Shown in pieces: positions 38,290-47,983 of a stretch of 64,000 bases of DNA. Below the pieces are notes generated by a model. The model was not told the DNA's origin. It saw only the letters and a program-made list of their open reading frames with translations, and made no database searches. The position numbers and the translations under genes are program-made. Origin of the DNA: a virus. Lineage: Duplodnaviria > Heunggongvirae > Uroviricota > Caudoviricetes. The stretch lies in the IMG/VR virus record IMGVR_UViG_3300028584_001240; one strand, 5' to 3'. Position 1 is the first letter of the stretch. The number at the start of each line of letters is the position of its first letter.

Positions 38290-39300
38290 TTATGGCTGAA
38301 TAGCATGTATCTTAATTGATTTTTTAGTCTGATTTAATATCTCATGAACTTGTGCTTTAAATACCATAGAGGTATAGTGAGCGTCATTACCAGCATTATG
38401 AGTGTTTTTAGAGCTAATCATATTATCATCTAAAAAATCTTTAAGTCTTTTACTGTTACTCGATTCACCATCTGGGGAAATATTGTATTTGTAGACTGCT
38501 TGTGTGTCATAAATTCTATGATTGTCCAATGATATCTTATTTCGTTCGAAGTATCTAATATCACATGATTTATCATGAAAAACAAGGTTACCTGATTTAG
38601 TTAATGCGTCCTCCAAAATGCCAATGACATCAGCACTGTCAATAAACTTACTTGTTCCAAAGTTAAAAGAATCTTGAAGTTTCTTTTTTCTATCTGATTT
38701 TGAATCTCTATGTTCATTGACAATATAGTGCTCAGTTGTTATATCGTCACCATTAATATAACTTAATCCTACCTCAACAATTTGTCTAATATGAAACTTA
38801 TCAACAGACATAGGATTAAATTCAAAATCAATAGAAAGATAAGTCTTATTATCAAAATCAACATCATTAATATTACCAGAAATGGCATACAATGCTTTCT
38901 TCTCAGCAGCAATTTGTTCTTCTTTTAATTGATTGATTACATAATCAGGTGATTGTTCGGCAGCTATTCTGGCAGTTATTAAGTCTTCTGGAGTTTGATA
39001 TTCAAATGTCATAATGTTATCTTGTTTATAGATAGCTTTTTTAAGTGTCTTTTCTGGAATTAAAAAAGCTTTGTTTTTCATCATCAAGTATAAATTGACT
39101 TTTTCCATTTGGTCTTCATCAAATACATTTCTTATATCCGAACCTGCACCTAAATGAATTTTATCAAAACCTAATACTTCGTTCAAGTGAACAAGATTAA
39201 TGAGGTCGTTAAATTGTCTTCTTTCTTCTTTACTTATGTTATTTTTAAAAAACACTTCATTCATGTGTCCTTTAATCATATTGATGGCATAGTATTTCAT
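38290..39300 (-). CDS. DEDDh 3'-5' exonuclease, tandem paralog
   Basis: SIDFE, VFHDKSCD, HNAGND; close paralog of 37212..38216. Confidence 0.8.
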   Translation of the reverse strand: MKYYAINMIKGHMNEVFFKNNISKEERRQFNDLINLVHLNEVLGFDKIHLGAGSDIRNVFDEDQMEKVNLYLMMKNKAFLIPEKTLKKAIYKQDNIMTFEYQTPEDLITARIAAEQSPDYVINQLKEEQIAAEKKALYAISGNINDVDFDNKTYLSIDFEFNPMSVDKFHIRQIVEVGLSYINGDDITTEHYIVNEHRDSKSDRKKKLQDSFNFGTSKFIDSADVIGILEDALTKSGNLVFHDKSCDIRYFERNKISLDNHRIYDTQAVYKYNISPDGESSNSKRLKDFLDDNMISSKNTHNAGNDAHYTSMVFKAQVHEILNQTKKSIKIHAIQP

Positions 39301-39389
39301 AATATTGTCCGATATTCTATTAACAGTATACCATAACTTTTTTGAATGAAAAAAAAACTGGCCGAAGCCAGTCTTAATTGTTATGTAGG

Positions 39390-39587
39390 TTAGCTGACAA
39401 TGAGTTCGTCAACTTCTTTTTCATCAACTTCTGTGTCAATCACTGCGTCAGTAAACATCATAAAATGCTCAACCTTATCGCTGCAATGAGAGTCAAGATA
39501 AGTTAACAAAATTGATAGTTTATCGGCGTCAGTCCAACCAGTAATATCAGCACTCGCATTGAGTATGCTATCAAAAGTGTTACGCAT
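39390..39587 (-). CDS. Small acidic hypothetical protein
   Basis: 65 aa, GAGG RBS. Confidence 0.55.
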   Translation of the reverse strand: MRNTFDSILNASADITGWTDADKLSILLTYLDSHCSDKVEHFMMFTDAVIDTEVDEKEVDELIVS

Positions 39588-39599
39588 GTTATATACCTC

Positions 39600-40031
39600 T
39601 TAATTTAAATTTGTAAAAGCTTCAAAAACTTTGTTGAAACTTTTAGCACAATGAGTTGGAACGTCATCAAAAGCGACATATTTAAAATCGTCAACTTCTG
39701 GTTTTTCTCTTTTTGTATACGGACAAGTAAACGTAGACACACATTCACACGCCGATGGCAAAGGATAATCACTACCAGTATAAAGGAAAACGTGCATGTT
39801 TTTACGATTGTTATAGACAAAAACACCCAAGTCTTTGAGGTCTTCAGCCACAAAATCAATACCCACTTCTTCCTTCAACTCACGAATAGCTGATTGAACT
39901 GGGGTTTCATCGCCTTCTGCACCACCTTTTGGAACATCCCAAAAGTTATTGCCAGTTGAGTGGGCCATAAACAAGTGTTTAACACCGTTGACCACTTTAA
40001 CAATGAATACTGCATACGTTAATTCTTTCAT
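39600..40031 (-). CDS. Nudix hydrolase
   Basis: Nudix box KGGAEGDETPVQSAIRELKEEVG. Confidence 0.92.
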   Translation of the reverse strand: MKELTYAVFIVKVVNGVKHLFMAHSTGNNFWDVPKGGAEGDETPVQSAIRELKEEVGIDFVAEDLKDLGVFVYNNRKNMHVFLYTGSDYPLPSACECVSTFTCPYTKREKPEVDDFKYVAFDDVPTHCAKSFNKVFEAFTNLN

Positions 40032-40046
40032 AATAATATCCTTTTT

Positions 40047-40385
40047 TTAAATGAACTCAATATCTGGGATAGTGAACTCAATATTTTTTCTTTTTACGAT
40101 TTTTGAGATTTCCTCAACATATTCCCATTCCGGGTCAAAAAGACCTTGCGTGAAAAAGAATTTTTCAATTTCTTTGAAACTAGCTTCTTTAACATTCAAT
40201 AGATCTTTTGTCGATTTACCTTCTAAAACAACTTTACTTTTTTTAATAGGTAGACCACGAATGATTTTGTCTTTCAGTTCACCAATCTCTACTTGACGGT
40301 TACCAACGGAGTGAACAAAAAAATAGTTGCCATCTTTTAATTGAACAATGGTATATGGAGTTATTTTCATAGGAAACCTCTGCAA
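40047..40385 (-). CDS. Hypothetical protein
   Basis: ORF; real start probably MKITPY. Confidence 0.55.
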   Translation of the reverse strand: MQRFPMKITPYTIVQLKDGNYFFVHSVGNRQVEIGELKDKIIRGLPIKKSKVVLEGKSTKDLLNVKEASFKEIEKFFFTQGLFDPEWEYVEEISKIVKRKNIEFTIPDIEFI

Positions 40386-40494
40386 ATTGATAAATCCATT
40401 ATAGCAAAATATCGAGGTTTTTACAACAACTTTTAGACAGAAAACAGAAATGAAAAAACACTGAAAGATTCAGTGTTTTTTGTAGTAAAAAACT

Positions 40495-40971
40495 TTAAAT
40501 CTTTAAGAAAGACAACTCAACCGTAACATCTTTAAGGGAAGCAATTTCCAGCACAGCCTTGTCATAGAAGTAATCAACAGTGCCTTTCTTGGTTTCATAG
40601 AGTCCACCAATATAACCATTTTCAAAATAGATGCCTAGAATACGAGTTTTGTTATCATATAACTTTTCAATACTTTTTGATGGAGATGATGTAACAAATA
40701 CGATATTCGCACGACCTAGTTCTTCACCATCTTTAAAGAACGGACAAGAAATTTCAAACGAACAATTCTTTTTATAACAATTCTTAACTCTTGAACCTAA
40801 TGTTTTATAAGTAAATTCACGAACACGAGGATCAGATGATGCTTGTTCATGGACGGTGCTATTGAAAGAGTTAACAAGTAATTCATTGTCTTTTTTAAAT
40901 TGTTCATATTTCAATGAGTTTTTTGATTCCTCATTAAAAAAACCAGCCATTTGTTTTAGAAACTTTTTCAT
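40495..40971 (-). CDS. Hypothetical protein
   Basis: 158 aa, AGGTG RBS. Confidence 0.6.
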   Translation of the reverse strand: MKKFLKQMAGFFNEESKNSLKYEQFKKDNELLVNSFNSTVHEQASSDPRVREFTYKTLGSRVKNCYKKNCSFEISCPFFKDGEELGRANIVFVTSSPSKSIEKLYDNKTRILGIYFENGYIGGLYETKKGTVDYFYDKAVLEIASLKDVTVELSFLKI

Positions 40972-41042
40972 AAATCACCTGTTTATTTTTTTAATTATAC
41001 AACTATAACGAGTAAAAAGCAATAAAAAATAAGGTTTAAACC

Positions 41043-41237
41043 TTATTTTTTGGATTTGCTGTCTTTTTCCATTATCACTTCAATTTCAGCTTTTAATTTG
41101 TTGTATTCTTTGGTGTCGTTTGGCTTGATATTGTATTTCTTAACGTTTTCATCATATTCTTTCATGGTTTCTGTTAACAATGCAACCAACATTTTTGCTT
41201 TGGGTACCAGTTTCATAATGCTTAGCGGGTCTAACAT
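41043..41237 (-). CDS. Small hypothetical protein
   Basis: 64 aa, AGGAG RBS. Confidence 0.55.
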   Translation of the reverse strand: MLDPLSIMKLVPKAKMLVALLTETMKEYDENVKKYNIKPNDTKEYNKLKAEIEVIMEKDSKSKK

Positions 41238-41312
41238 CTCATTCTCCTTTGTTTGTGTAAATGATGAAGTCAGTTTAGCTTAAAAGAAAAGAAAATCAAT
41301 GTTATTATAATA

Positions 41313-41933
41313 TTATTCATTATACATTGAGCAGCTAAAAGCATCCACAATCACCAGTTGTCCAGTGCTTGGTCTAATCATGAAATTGTTAAAATGAAGA
41401 TCCAAACTAAATATGGTGTCACCTTGCTGGCGAGCAATTTTACGCAAATCTTTAAGCAATGTAACAAAAAAATCTTCAAAATCTGTACCAATACGCTTAC
41501 AAAAGTGAGTAGATTGATAAATTCGCTCTAAAATAATAGAAATATCATGATCGCTCAACTCGATGAATGCTTTAGCAATATAGCCATCAAAAATAGATTT
41601 AATTTCAGCAATTAATTCAACACCCACATCAACAAGCTTTTCAGAGTCAATGCAGAACAAGGATTTTTTATCGAATTTATAAATTTTACAGGAATTTAAT
41701 TGTGGAAGGTAATTAAAATGTTGATGGTCAAGACAATAGCGTGTCCAATATTTGATCTCTTTAATTTGTTCACTACCACAACTGAGTGATTGAACTTTAA
41801 AAATATGATTAGTTCCAATATCTTCAAACACATTAAAGCAAATCCCCTGATTGACATGTCGCCATTCAGGGTTATTTCTCAAAAAGTAAGAACTAGGCTC
41901 AATGCCATTCACAATTACTTCTGTTATGTCCAA
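41313..41933 (-). CDS. T7 gp0.7-like Ser/Thr protein kinase
   Basis: NQG..FNVF, IFK, YCL...NYLPQL, DLHFNNFM, IVDAF. Confidence 0.7.
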   Translation of the reverse strand: MDITEVIVNGIEPSSYFLRNNPEWRHVNQGICFNVFEDIGTNHIFKVQSLSCGSEQIKEIKYWTRYCLDHQHFNYLPQLNSCKIYKFDKKSLFCIDSEKLVDVGVELIAEIKSIFDGYIAKAFIELSDHDISIILERIYQSTHFCKRIGTDFEDFFVTLLKDLRKIARQQGDTIFSLDLHFNNFMIRPSTGQLVIVDAFSCSMYNE

Positions 41934-42000
41934 TTATGTATTTCCTTTCTAATTAATAATAATGATTATACCATATTCCAATAGTCTTTAACATCATTAT

Positions 42001-42699
42001 TTAATAGAATGGATCATTTAATATCAAATTAACAGCAGGTCCATCCAGCCTAAACATAATATTCTTGGAATGTAAGTCTAAAGTATAATAAGCAAACTTA
42101 GTGGAAATATCGGCTATTAGCTCTTTGAGTAAGTTATATTCGATAAAGTCAGAAAACATCTCAGAAGGGGTATCTGCAAGTTCATATTCGTAGTCATAAT
42201 TAATATTAGACTTTATATGTGAATGAATATTGATACAAAGTTCACTAGCAAACTCATATATTCGATAATCATTAAGTCGATTAAGATGAAATAAACGCTC
42301 ACATTTTATAATATAAGAAAAATGTTCTGGGTCGATAGTAACTTCATATACTTTCGGTAAGTGTTTATTCTTACTGCAGTTTTCCAAACAATAATAAGCC
42401 CAATCAAGATTCGTCTTAAAGATGTATTCAGTCAATGCTTGTTTAACCTGTTCTGAGTCATCCAAGATGTCATTAAAGACTTGATAAAATAACTCTTCTG
42501 CATCTTCACCAATCAGTAACGAATGCTTCTTATCTTTCATGACAGAGAGTTTAAAGGCTTTGATAACCACATCATTCTTTTCATCATAGTAAGAGGTAAG
42601 AAACTTACCAGATCCTAGGACTTGGTAAGTTCTCTTTAATCGACTATGGAGTGCTCTATTACGTTTATAGGCTAATTTCAGTAGGTCAATGCTTTCCAT
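42001..42699 (-). CDS. T7 gp0.7-like Ser/Thr protein kinase
   Basis: LGSGKF, VIKAF, YCL...KHLPKVY, DLHSKNIMF, LNDPF mirror the T7 kinase LGNGHF/VIKV/IPNVY/DMHSGNIMF/ITDPV. Confidence 0.8.
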   Translation of the reverse strand: MESIDLLKLAYKRNRALHSRLKRTYQVLGSGKFLTSYYDEKNDVVIKAFKLSVMKDKKHSLLIGEDAEELFYQVFNDILDDSEQVKQALTEYIFKTNLDWAYYCLENCSKNKHLPKVYEVTIDPEHFSYIIKCERLFHLNRLNDYRIYEFASELCINIHSHIKSNINYDYEYELADTPSEMFSDFIEYNLLKELIADISTKFAYYTLDLHSKNIMFRLDGPAVNLILNDPFY

Positions 42700-42994
42700 A
42701 TACAGTGTCCGTGAAATTTACAGCAACTGCTTCTTTTTCAAGATACAGAGCCATCGAAAAATAATGACCAACATAACATTCTGGAAGTGGTGATTTACCA
42801 TTAAAAGTATACTTTTTACCTTTGTAATCAATCGTTGTAGGCCAATCTTTGGAATAACTCAAAAAATCACTAACAACCACAAGTTCCTTATTGTTATCAA
42901 CATGGATACCTTGAATAAAATAATCGACATCTTTTTGCATCAACATAGTTACTTCTCCATGTAAATTGTGATTGTATCGCCTACAACGGTGCAT
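42686..42994 (-). CDS. Hypothetical protein
   Basis: ORF in a co-directional run; real start probably MLMQKD. Confidence 0.5.
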   Translation of the reverse strand: MHRCRRYNHNLHGEVTMLMQKDVDYFIQGIHVDNNKELVVVSDFLSYSKDWPTTIDYKGKKYTFNGKSPLPECYVGHYFSMALYLEKEAVAVNFTDTVYGKH

Positions 42995-43176
42995 TTGAAC
43001 ATGCTTTCAAGCTCATGAAGCTTGTCATCTGCCATTTCTACTTGTGATACAAAATGCGATGAATACTCACGATAAACGTGATTGTTCAAAATAACCTTTA
43101 CACCAAAAGATTCCAACTTAGCCGCTTCTTTCTCATCAAGAAATTGACGGTGTTTTACCTTAACCGAATAAAGCAT
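42949..43176 (-). CDS. Small hypothetical protein
   Basis: 75 aa, AGGAG RBS. Confidence 0.55.
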   Translation of the reverse strand: MLYSVKVKHRQFLDEKEAAKLESFGVKVILNNHVYREYSSHFVSQVEMADDKLHELESMFKCTVVGDTITIYMEK

Positions 43177-43185
43177 AACGTCTCC

Positions 43186-43386
43186 TTATGCGGAACCTAC
43201 GGATGTGCGACGGAAAGACGACTTATCACCAAAGGTACGCTGGTCTTTGCCATCAAGTGAACGAGCTACATACATCGGCTTGCCTTCATCAAAATAACGG
43301 CAACAAATTTTACCAACAAAATCAAGACTTGCTACCAAGTCACCATTGCCCATTTTATGAGTCATCTTAGGGTTTTCGCCAATCAT
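43186..43386 (-). CDS. Small hypothetical protein
   Basis: 66 aa, AGGAG RBS. Confidence 0.55.
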   Translation of the reverse strand: MIGENPKMTHKMGNGDLVASLDFVGKICCRYFDEGKPMYVARSLDGKDQRTFGDKSSFRRTSVGSA

Positions 43387-43453
43387 ATTAAATCTCCTAT
43401 TGTTTATTAGTTAATGTGATAATTATATCATTTCATGCTGAGTAAATCAACTA

Positions 43454-44011
43454 TTAAATAAAACACATGTCGATAAGATCTTTGTTCAATTCATCTACAT
43501 TGCCAAACATTGTTTTAATATCATAATGACAATTTTTTAGCAAGAAATATTCTTTAAGATTGTCAACTCTTTTATCGCCAAGACCTGCAATATAAAATCC
43601 GTCATCATTCGAAACAACCGTAAAGTTGACATCATAAAACTCATCCTTACCGAAGACTTTGATATCCAGTGGAAAACGACCTTTATTATTTTTTATGTAA
43701 GTTGTATAAAAAGAAACTTTATTATCATTTTTTTTATCAACAGCAATATAATGAGTAATACTGTATTGTTGCAAAAATGTTTTTTGATTAAAAGCAAATA
43801 ATCCATCAATGGTCTTCAAAACAGATTCCTGATGCTCAGCAACTCTTTGCTTAAAAGGATTAAGTTTTTGTGAATACTTAAAAACAACTACCGAATCTTC
43901 ATACCGAGCTAACTTAACTCGTAGATTACCAATAAGACCACAATAATTCTCAATCGTATATTCAGTTTTTCCAAAATACTTAGCGATAGCTGCAATTTGT
44001 GTGTTCATCAT
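43454..44011 (-). CDS. Hypothetical protein, C-terminal LxxMxxI
   Basis: Ends DLIDMCFI. Confidence 0.7.
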   Translation of the reverse strand: MMNTQIAAIAKYFGKTEYTIENYCGLIGNLRVKLARYEDSVVVFKYSQKLNPFKQRVAEHQESVLKTIDGLFAFNQKTFLQQYSITHYIAVDKKNDNKVSFYTTYIKNNKGRFPLDIKVFGKDEFYDVNFTVVSNDDGFYIAGLGDKRVDNLKEYFLLKNCHYDIKTMFGNVDELNKDLIDMCFI

Positions 44012-44165
44012 ATACTCTCATTAGGTTTAATAGCACTATTATACTACAAGTTGAGCATGGTGGTCAACGAATAATATTGAATAGATGGAATGATTTCAAT
44101 CTTTTTTTAATTAGTAAATACACGAAGTTTAAACTACCCACAACATAATATCCATACTCGTAAAA

Positions 44166-44825
44166 TTAGAACACCAGCATAGCAAGTATTTTAATATTAT
44201 CATCAAAATTCTCAACAAACTTATCAATGCTTTCGAACTGTTCTTCAATCTGTTTGCGGAAATTATTGGCAATAAACACAATAGTCAACAAATTAGTTGA
44301 ATAATATTTTCCTGTATATTTGAAATCAAGAGCCGACTCTGAATAATAGTTATAATTGCAAGGAACTTTAATTAAATCAAATTTAACAGTGCATTCTGAT
44401 GGTTCTCTTTCATCAATAGGTATACGGTAACAAATGCTCACAACTTCTTTTTGTCCATTTTTTCCTTTAAATTCAAAATGGTTTGAATAAAGAACAAAAA
44501 TCTTATTTTTGTTAATAAACTGAAATTCAATTTCTTCACGAACCAAATCAATTTTTGACCTTAACAATTTAAATGTCTTATGATGAGTATAACCATTAGT
44601 GAAATTATTGTTAAAAGCAGTCACAAATTGATGATAACTTTCAACCGCTTCATTGTGAAGACGAATGATTAAAGGATCTTCACATTTTTTAATAATGAAT
44701 GAGTCGCTAGCGGTCTTCTTTTTGATAGAACCGAAGCCAGTAAGAGACTGAAAGCCAGTTTCCATGTCATCAGGAAACTGAACCGTATCATCAAGGTTAA
44801 AGAATTTCTTAAAAAGAATATGCAT
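44166..44825 (-). CDS. Hypothetical protein, C-terminal IxxMxxF
   Basis: AGGAG RBS before MHILF; ends KILAMLVF. Confidence 0.7.
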   Translation of the reverse strand: MHILFKKFFNLDDTVQFPDDMETGFQSLTGFGSIKKKTASDSFIIKKCEDPLIIRLHNEAVESYHQFVTAFNNNFTNGYTHHKTFKLLRSKIDLVREEIEFQFINKNKIFVLYSNHFEFKGKNGQKEVVSICYRIPIDEREPSECTVKFDLIKVPCNYNYYSESALDFKYTGKYYSTNLLTIVFIANNFRKQIEEQFESIDKFVENFDDNIKILAMLVF

Positions 44826-44920
44826 TGTGGCTCCTAATAATTTGAAGAGTATACTACATTTAAAAAATTGAATCAACAAAAAATAGCCCGAAGGCTATTT
44901 TAATATAACAACTGTATTGC

Positions 44921-45304
44921 TTACTTGACTTGTTCTACTGGCACGGCTGGAACAACTTTGTCTGTTGATGGTGTTGGATGGCCTTCATGTCCACCTTTAC
45001 GACCTTTAAAACCTTCATGGTTCTTTTTCATCGTTTCCATCTTAGCTTTTTGTTCTGGTGTCAATACTGCGTTAAACTCTGCTCTTTCGGCTTCTCTGTT
45101 AGCCTTTCCTTTTGCTTTAATGTCAGCCAACTTAGCTTTTTGAGCATCAGTCAAACCAAGTTCTTCTGCAAATTTTGCTTCGTGCTTAGCTCTCATTTCG
45201 GCTCTATCAAACCCCCCTTCTTTTTTAACTTCTGGTGTTCCTGCCATTGCCATAGAGAACGGAAGTAATGAAGCGATGATAATTGATAATGTTATTTTTT
45301 TCAT
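44921..45304 (-). CDS. Spy/CpxP-like periplasmic protein (LTxxQ motifs)
   Basis: Signal peptide; LGLTDAQK and VLTPEQK. Confidence 0.8.
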   Translation of the reverse strand: MKKITLSIIIASLLPFSMAMAGTPEVKKEGGFDRAEMRAKHEAKFAEELGLTDAQKAKLADIKAKGKANREAERAEFNAVLTPEQKAKMETMKKNHEGFKGRKGGHEGHPTPSTDKVVPAVPVEQVK

Positions 45305-45429
45305 AAATATAACTCCTAAATTGTCTTATTAGATATGTTATCAGAAAAAACGACAAACGGAAGTATAGGAAGTGAAAGGTTTTTGTAAAGTTTGTGAAAG
45401 TAAATGCAACAAAACCTGCATTGCAGGTT

Positions 45430-45957
45430 TTATTTAGTGTTAAAAGCGATTATTTTAAAGTATTTTTCTGGATGGAATAATTCGAGATAAGAATAATCCA
45501 CTGTCTTGATATATTTTGAACGATTAGAATCTTCACACATTGAACCAAAATGTTTATAGTCTTCGAGTGTTGATTGACTAAAATCAAAAGGACGGCTCAT
45601 ACAATCATACACAGAACCTACCATGTAAAGTCTACGCTCATTCTCCTTCATGCCGACAACAGAACGGCACATGAATCTAAAATCTTTACTTTCTACTTTA
45701 ACAGTGTAAACGGTATTATTATCATCAGCAGGAGAGTAGTAATCACCCAAGACAGTGCAAGGGGCACTTTCCACTGTGAAGTCATAGTCTTCAAAGACTT
45801 TTAACTGTTCTGGATTAACATAATCAAATTCAGCAACTAACGTGCCATCATTGACCAAATATTTAACACCACCCAGTTTTTCAGCATCAGTCATAACAGG
45901 ATTTGCATATGAAAAGCCTGAAAAAATAGCGATTAAAAATATAAGAGTTTGCTTCAT
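45430..45957 (-). CDS. Secreted hypothetical protein with 4 Cys
   Basis: Signal peptide MKQTLIFLIAIFSGFSYA. Confidence 0.65.
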   Translation of the reverse strand: MKQTLIFLIAIFSGFSYANPVMTDAEKLGGVKYLVNDGTLVAEFDYVNPEQLKVFEDYDFTVESAPCTVLGDYYSPADDNNTVYTVKVESKDFRFMCRSVVGMKENERRLYMVGSVYDCMSRPFDFSQSTLEDYKHFGSMCEDSNRSKYIKTVDYSYLELFHPEKYFKIIAFNTK

Positions 45958-46005
45958 GTTGTTTCTCCAAGATTTCACAAATAATACCATAAAGTACACT
46001 AAAAA

Positions 46006-46488
46006 TCAAGCATATTTCAACAGATAATTCCTAAATTTGAACTCTAAATCAAGGGTGTTATTATCAAGTGCAACCTTAATATTAACAAGCTTTTCAAGTT
46101 CATTTTTCTTAATGGCGGCAATACCCAAAACAAGTTCTTCAGGTGTTGGAATTCTTCGCCATTTGGCATAAGCATTCTCAATATCTACAACGAAAGCCAC
46201 TACATCAGTCGATACTTTATTCCAACTGTCCCACAATGATTTATTCGGGAACATTTGAAATTTATAAATCTTATCCCATTTCTCATGGGTGGGTTCATTA
46301 AGATAAGACAAAATCTCTTTACGTTTTTCGGCTGATAGTTTTGTACCATCATTAGAGTGACAAGCAGAAAAAATAGTGCGGTCAGCATGTTCTTCAAACA
46401 TTTTAATACGATTGCCAATCACTGTGGAGTTTTTTAATAGATTTCTATGTTGAGCAATGACTTTAAAATCAGGAAATTGATAAATCAT
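46006..46488 (-). CDS. Hypothetical protein (phage/plasmid PT...W...LW...W..IP type)
   Basis: EPTHEKWDKI...SLWDSW...WRRIPT; start refined to MIYQF. Confidence 0.6.
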   Translation of the reverse strand: MIYQFPDFKVIAQHRNLLKNSTVIGNRIKMFEEHADRTIFSACHSNDGTKLSAEKRKEILSYLNEPTHEKWDKIYKFQMFPNKSLWDSWNKVSTDVVAFVVDIENAYAKWRRIPTPEELVLGIAAIKKNELEKLVNIKVALDNNTLDLEFKFRNYLLKYA

Positions 46489-46498
46489 ATAATTATCC

Positions 46499-46891
46499 TT
46501 ACTTCTGCACGCAAAAGATTTGACTAGGCTTGGATAAACGACTGTCAGAACCATCATTAAAAACAGTCGAATAAGTGTATTGAATGTTTTCAGCCTTTAC
46601 AACAGTGCCGTCAAGTTTTGGTTTGATAACACAAGAAGATAATTTAAGTGCGTAAGTCGTTTCATTGTCTTTATAACGATAGTAAACATTATATTTACCA
46701 TCAACATTTTGCTTCATTACTTTAATAATATTAAGTTCAACAGGCGTGGTTGAAACAATGGTTTCTTTATAAGTAGCAAGATATCCAATAAAATAACCCA
46801 CGGCTCCAAGGAAGAGAAGTATCATGACAACAAGGATTGCCATAGGTTTACTAAACAGTGCGGTTTTAAGTGAATCTTTTAAAATTGACAT
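46499..46891 (-). CDS. Single-TM membrane protein
   Basis: TM segment near the N-terminus; two Cys. Confidence 0.6.
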   Translation of the reverse strand: MSILKDSLKTALFSKPMAILVVMILLFLGAVGYFIGYLATYKETIVSTTPVELNIIKVMKQNVDGKYNVYYRYKDNETTYALKLSSCVIKPKLDGTVVKAENIQYTYSTVFNDGSDSRLSKPSQIFCVQK

Positions 46892-46940
46892 AATACTAAT
46901 CTCCAAAATTTGTGTTAGTATTATATCAAAATTAGACTAT

Positions 46941-47918
46941 TTAAGCAACAGATTTCATTAACATCTTCATCCTTTTGTCGCAACGATTATGCATTTCAGC
47001 AAACAGTTTTAATGTGAAGTCAGCATCATTACCACTGTTATGCATATTGGATGGCTCAATATCAAAAACATGTAACATACGTTTCAATGTAAGAGCGTCA
47101 CCTTGTTCTGGATTAAAGTACTTCTTGTAATAAAGAATAGTGTCCATGATTTTCATCTTTTCTTCTTTTTCCATATCCAGACCGTATTTCCTGAGAATTA
47201 AATAATCATTACTGTGACCATGAAGCAAAAGATAATCAGCCTCTGCCAGATGCTCTTTAATTACGGAAGCAATAGAAGCTTCTGGAATAATTGTGGTGTC
47301 TCCAAAATTAAACATAAATTGCAATTCTGGTTTTGTTTTCTTTTTTACATAGTTTTCTTTAATCAAATAATGATAGCTTGATTGTTGACCATTCTCATAG
47401 ACAGAGATGCCCAACTCAAAAATATCAAGGTTGATGTATTCAAAATCAATAGAGACTGTTTTCTTCTTGTGAAAGCTTTTGTCATAATCATTATTAATAC
47501 GTGAACGCAAGATTTCTTTTTTAACTGCCGCTTCCCGAAGCGATTCTTTTTTCAATCGAATAATTTTCTGAATATGATCCTGCCGCATATGATCTTTAAT
47601 GATAGCTGTCACATCGTGTGGATTATTGATTTTGAATTTTGTGAACTCATCCTCATTATAAACACAAGCTTCTTTTGAGATCTCAGCAAGGCTTGTATGT
47701 TTGCCAAATTTCATTTTAGAAAACAACTGAATTTTTGACAAGCCGTCTTCGTCAATCAAAATAGAATTGATGTGGTGTGTGCTCATATACAAATTTTCAA
47801 TGTGAAGATTTGAAAAGAGACTTTGTAGATGAAAAAATGGAGCAGCAATTTTCCTGAGTTCAGGAGAGAACTGCTTCATAAAGACATCTTTGATTGAGTA
47901 AATTCGATATAGGTTCAT
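46941..47918 (-). CDS. DEDDh 3'-5' exonuclease paralog
   Basis: SIDFE, LLHGHSND, HNSGND. Confidence 0.8.
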   Translation of the reverse strand: MNLYRIYSIKDVFMKQFSPELRKIAAPFFHLQSLFSNLHIENLYMSTHHINSILIDEDGLSKIQLFSKMKFGKHTSLAEISKEACVYNEDEFTKFKINNPHDVTAIIKDHMRQDHIQKIIRLKKESLREAAVKKEILRSRINNDYDKSFHKKKTVSIDFEYINLDIFELGISVYENGQQSSYHYLIKENYVKKKTKPELQFMFNFGDTTIIPEASIASVIKEHLAEADYLLLHGHSNDYLILRKYGLDMEKEEKMKIMDTILYYKKYFNPEQGDALTLKRMLHVFDIEPSNMHNSGNDADFTLKLFAEMHNRCDKRMKMLMKSVA

Positions 47919-47983
47919 AATTAATTTTTCTTAAACTGGATAGTATTATTATACTAAAACTATCAATTAATTACAACCTTAAT

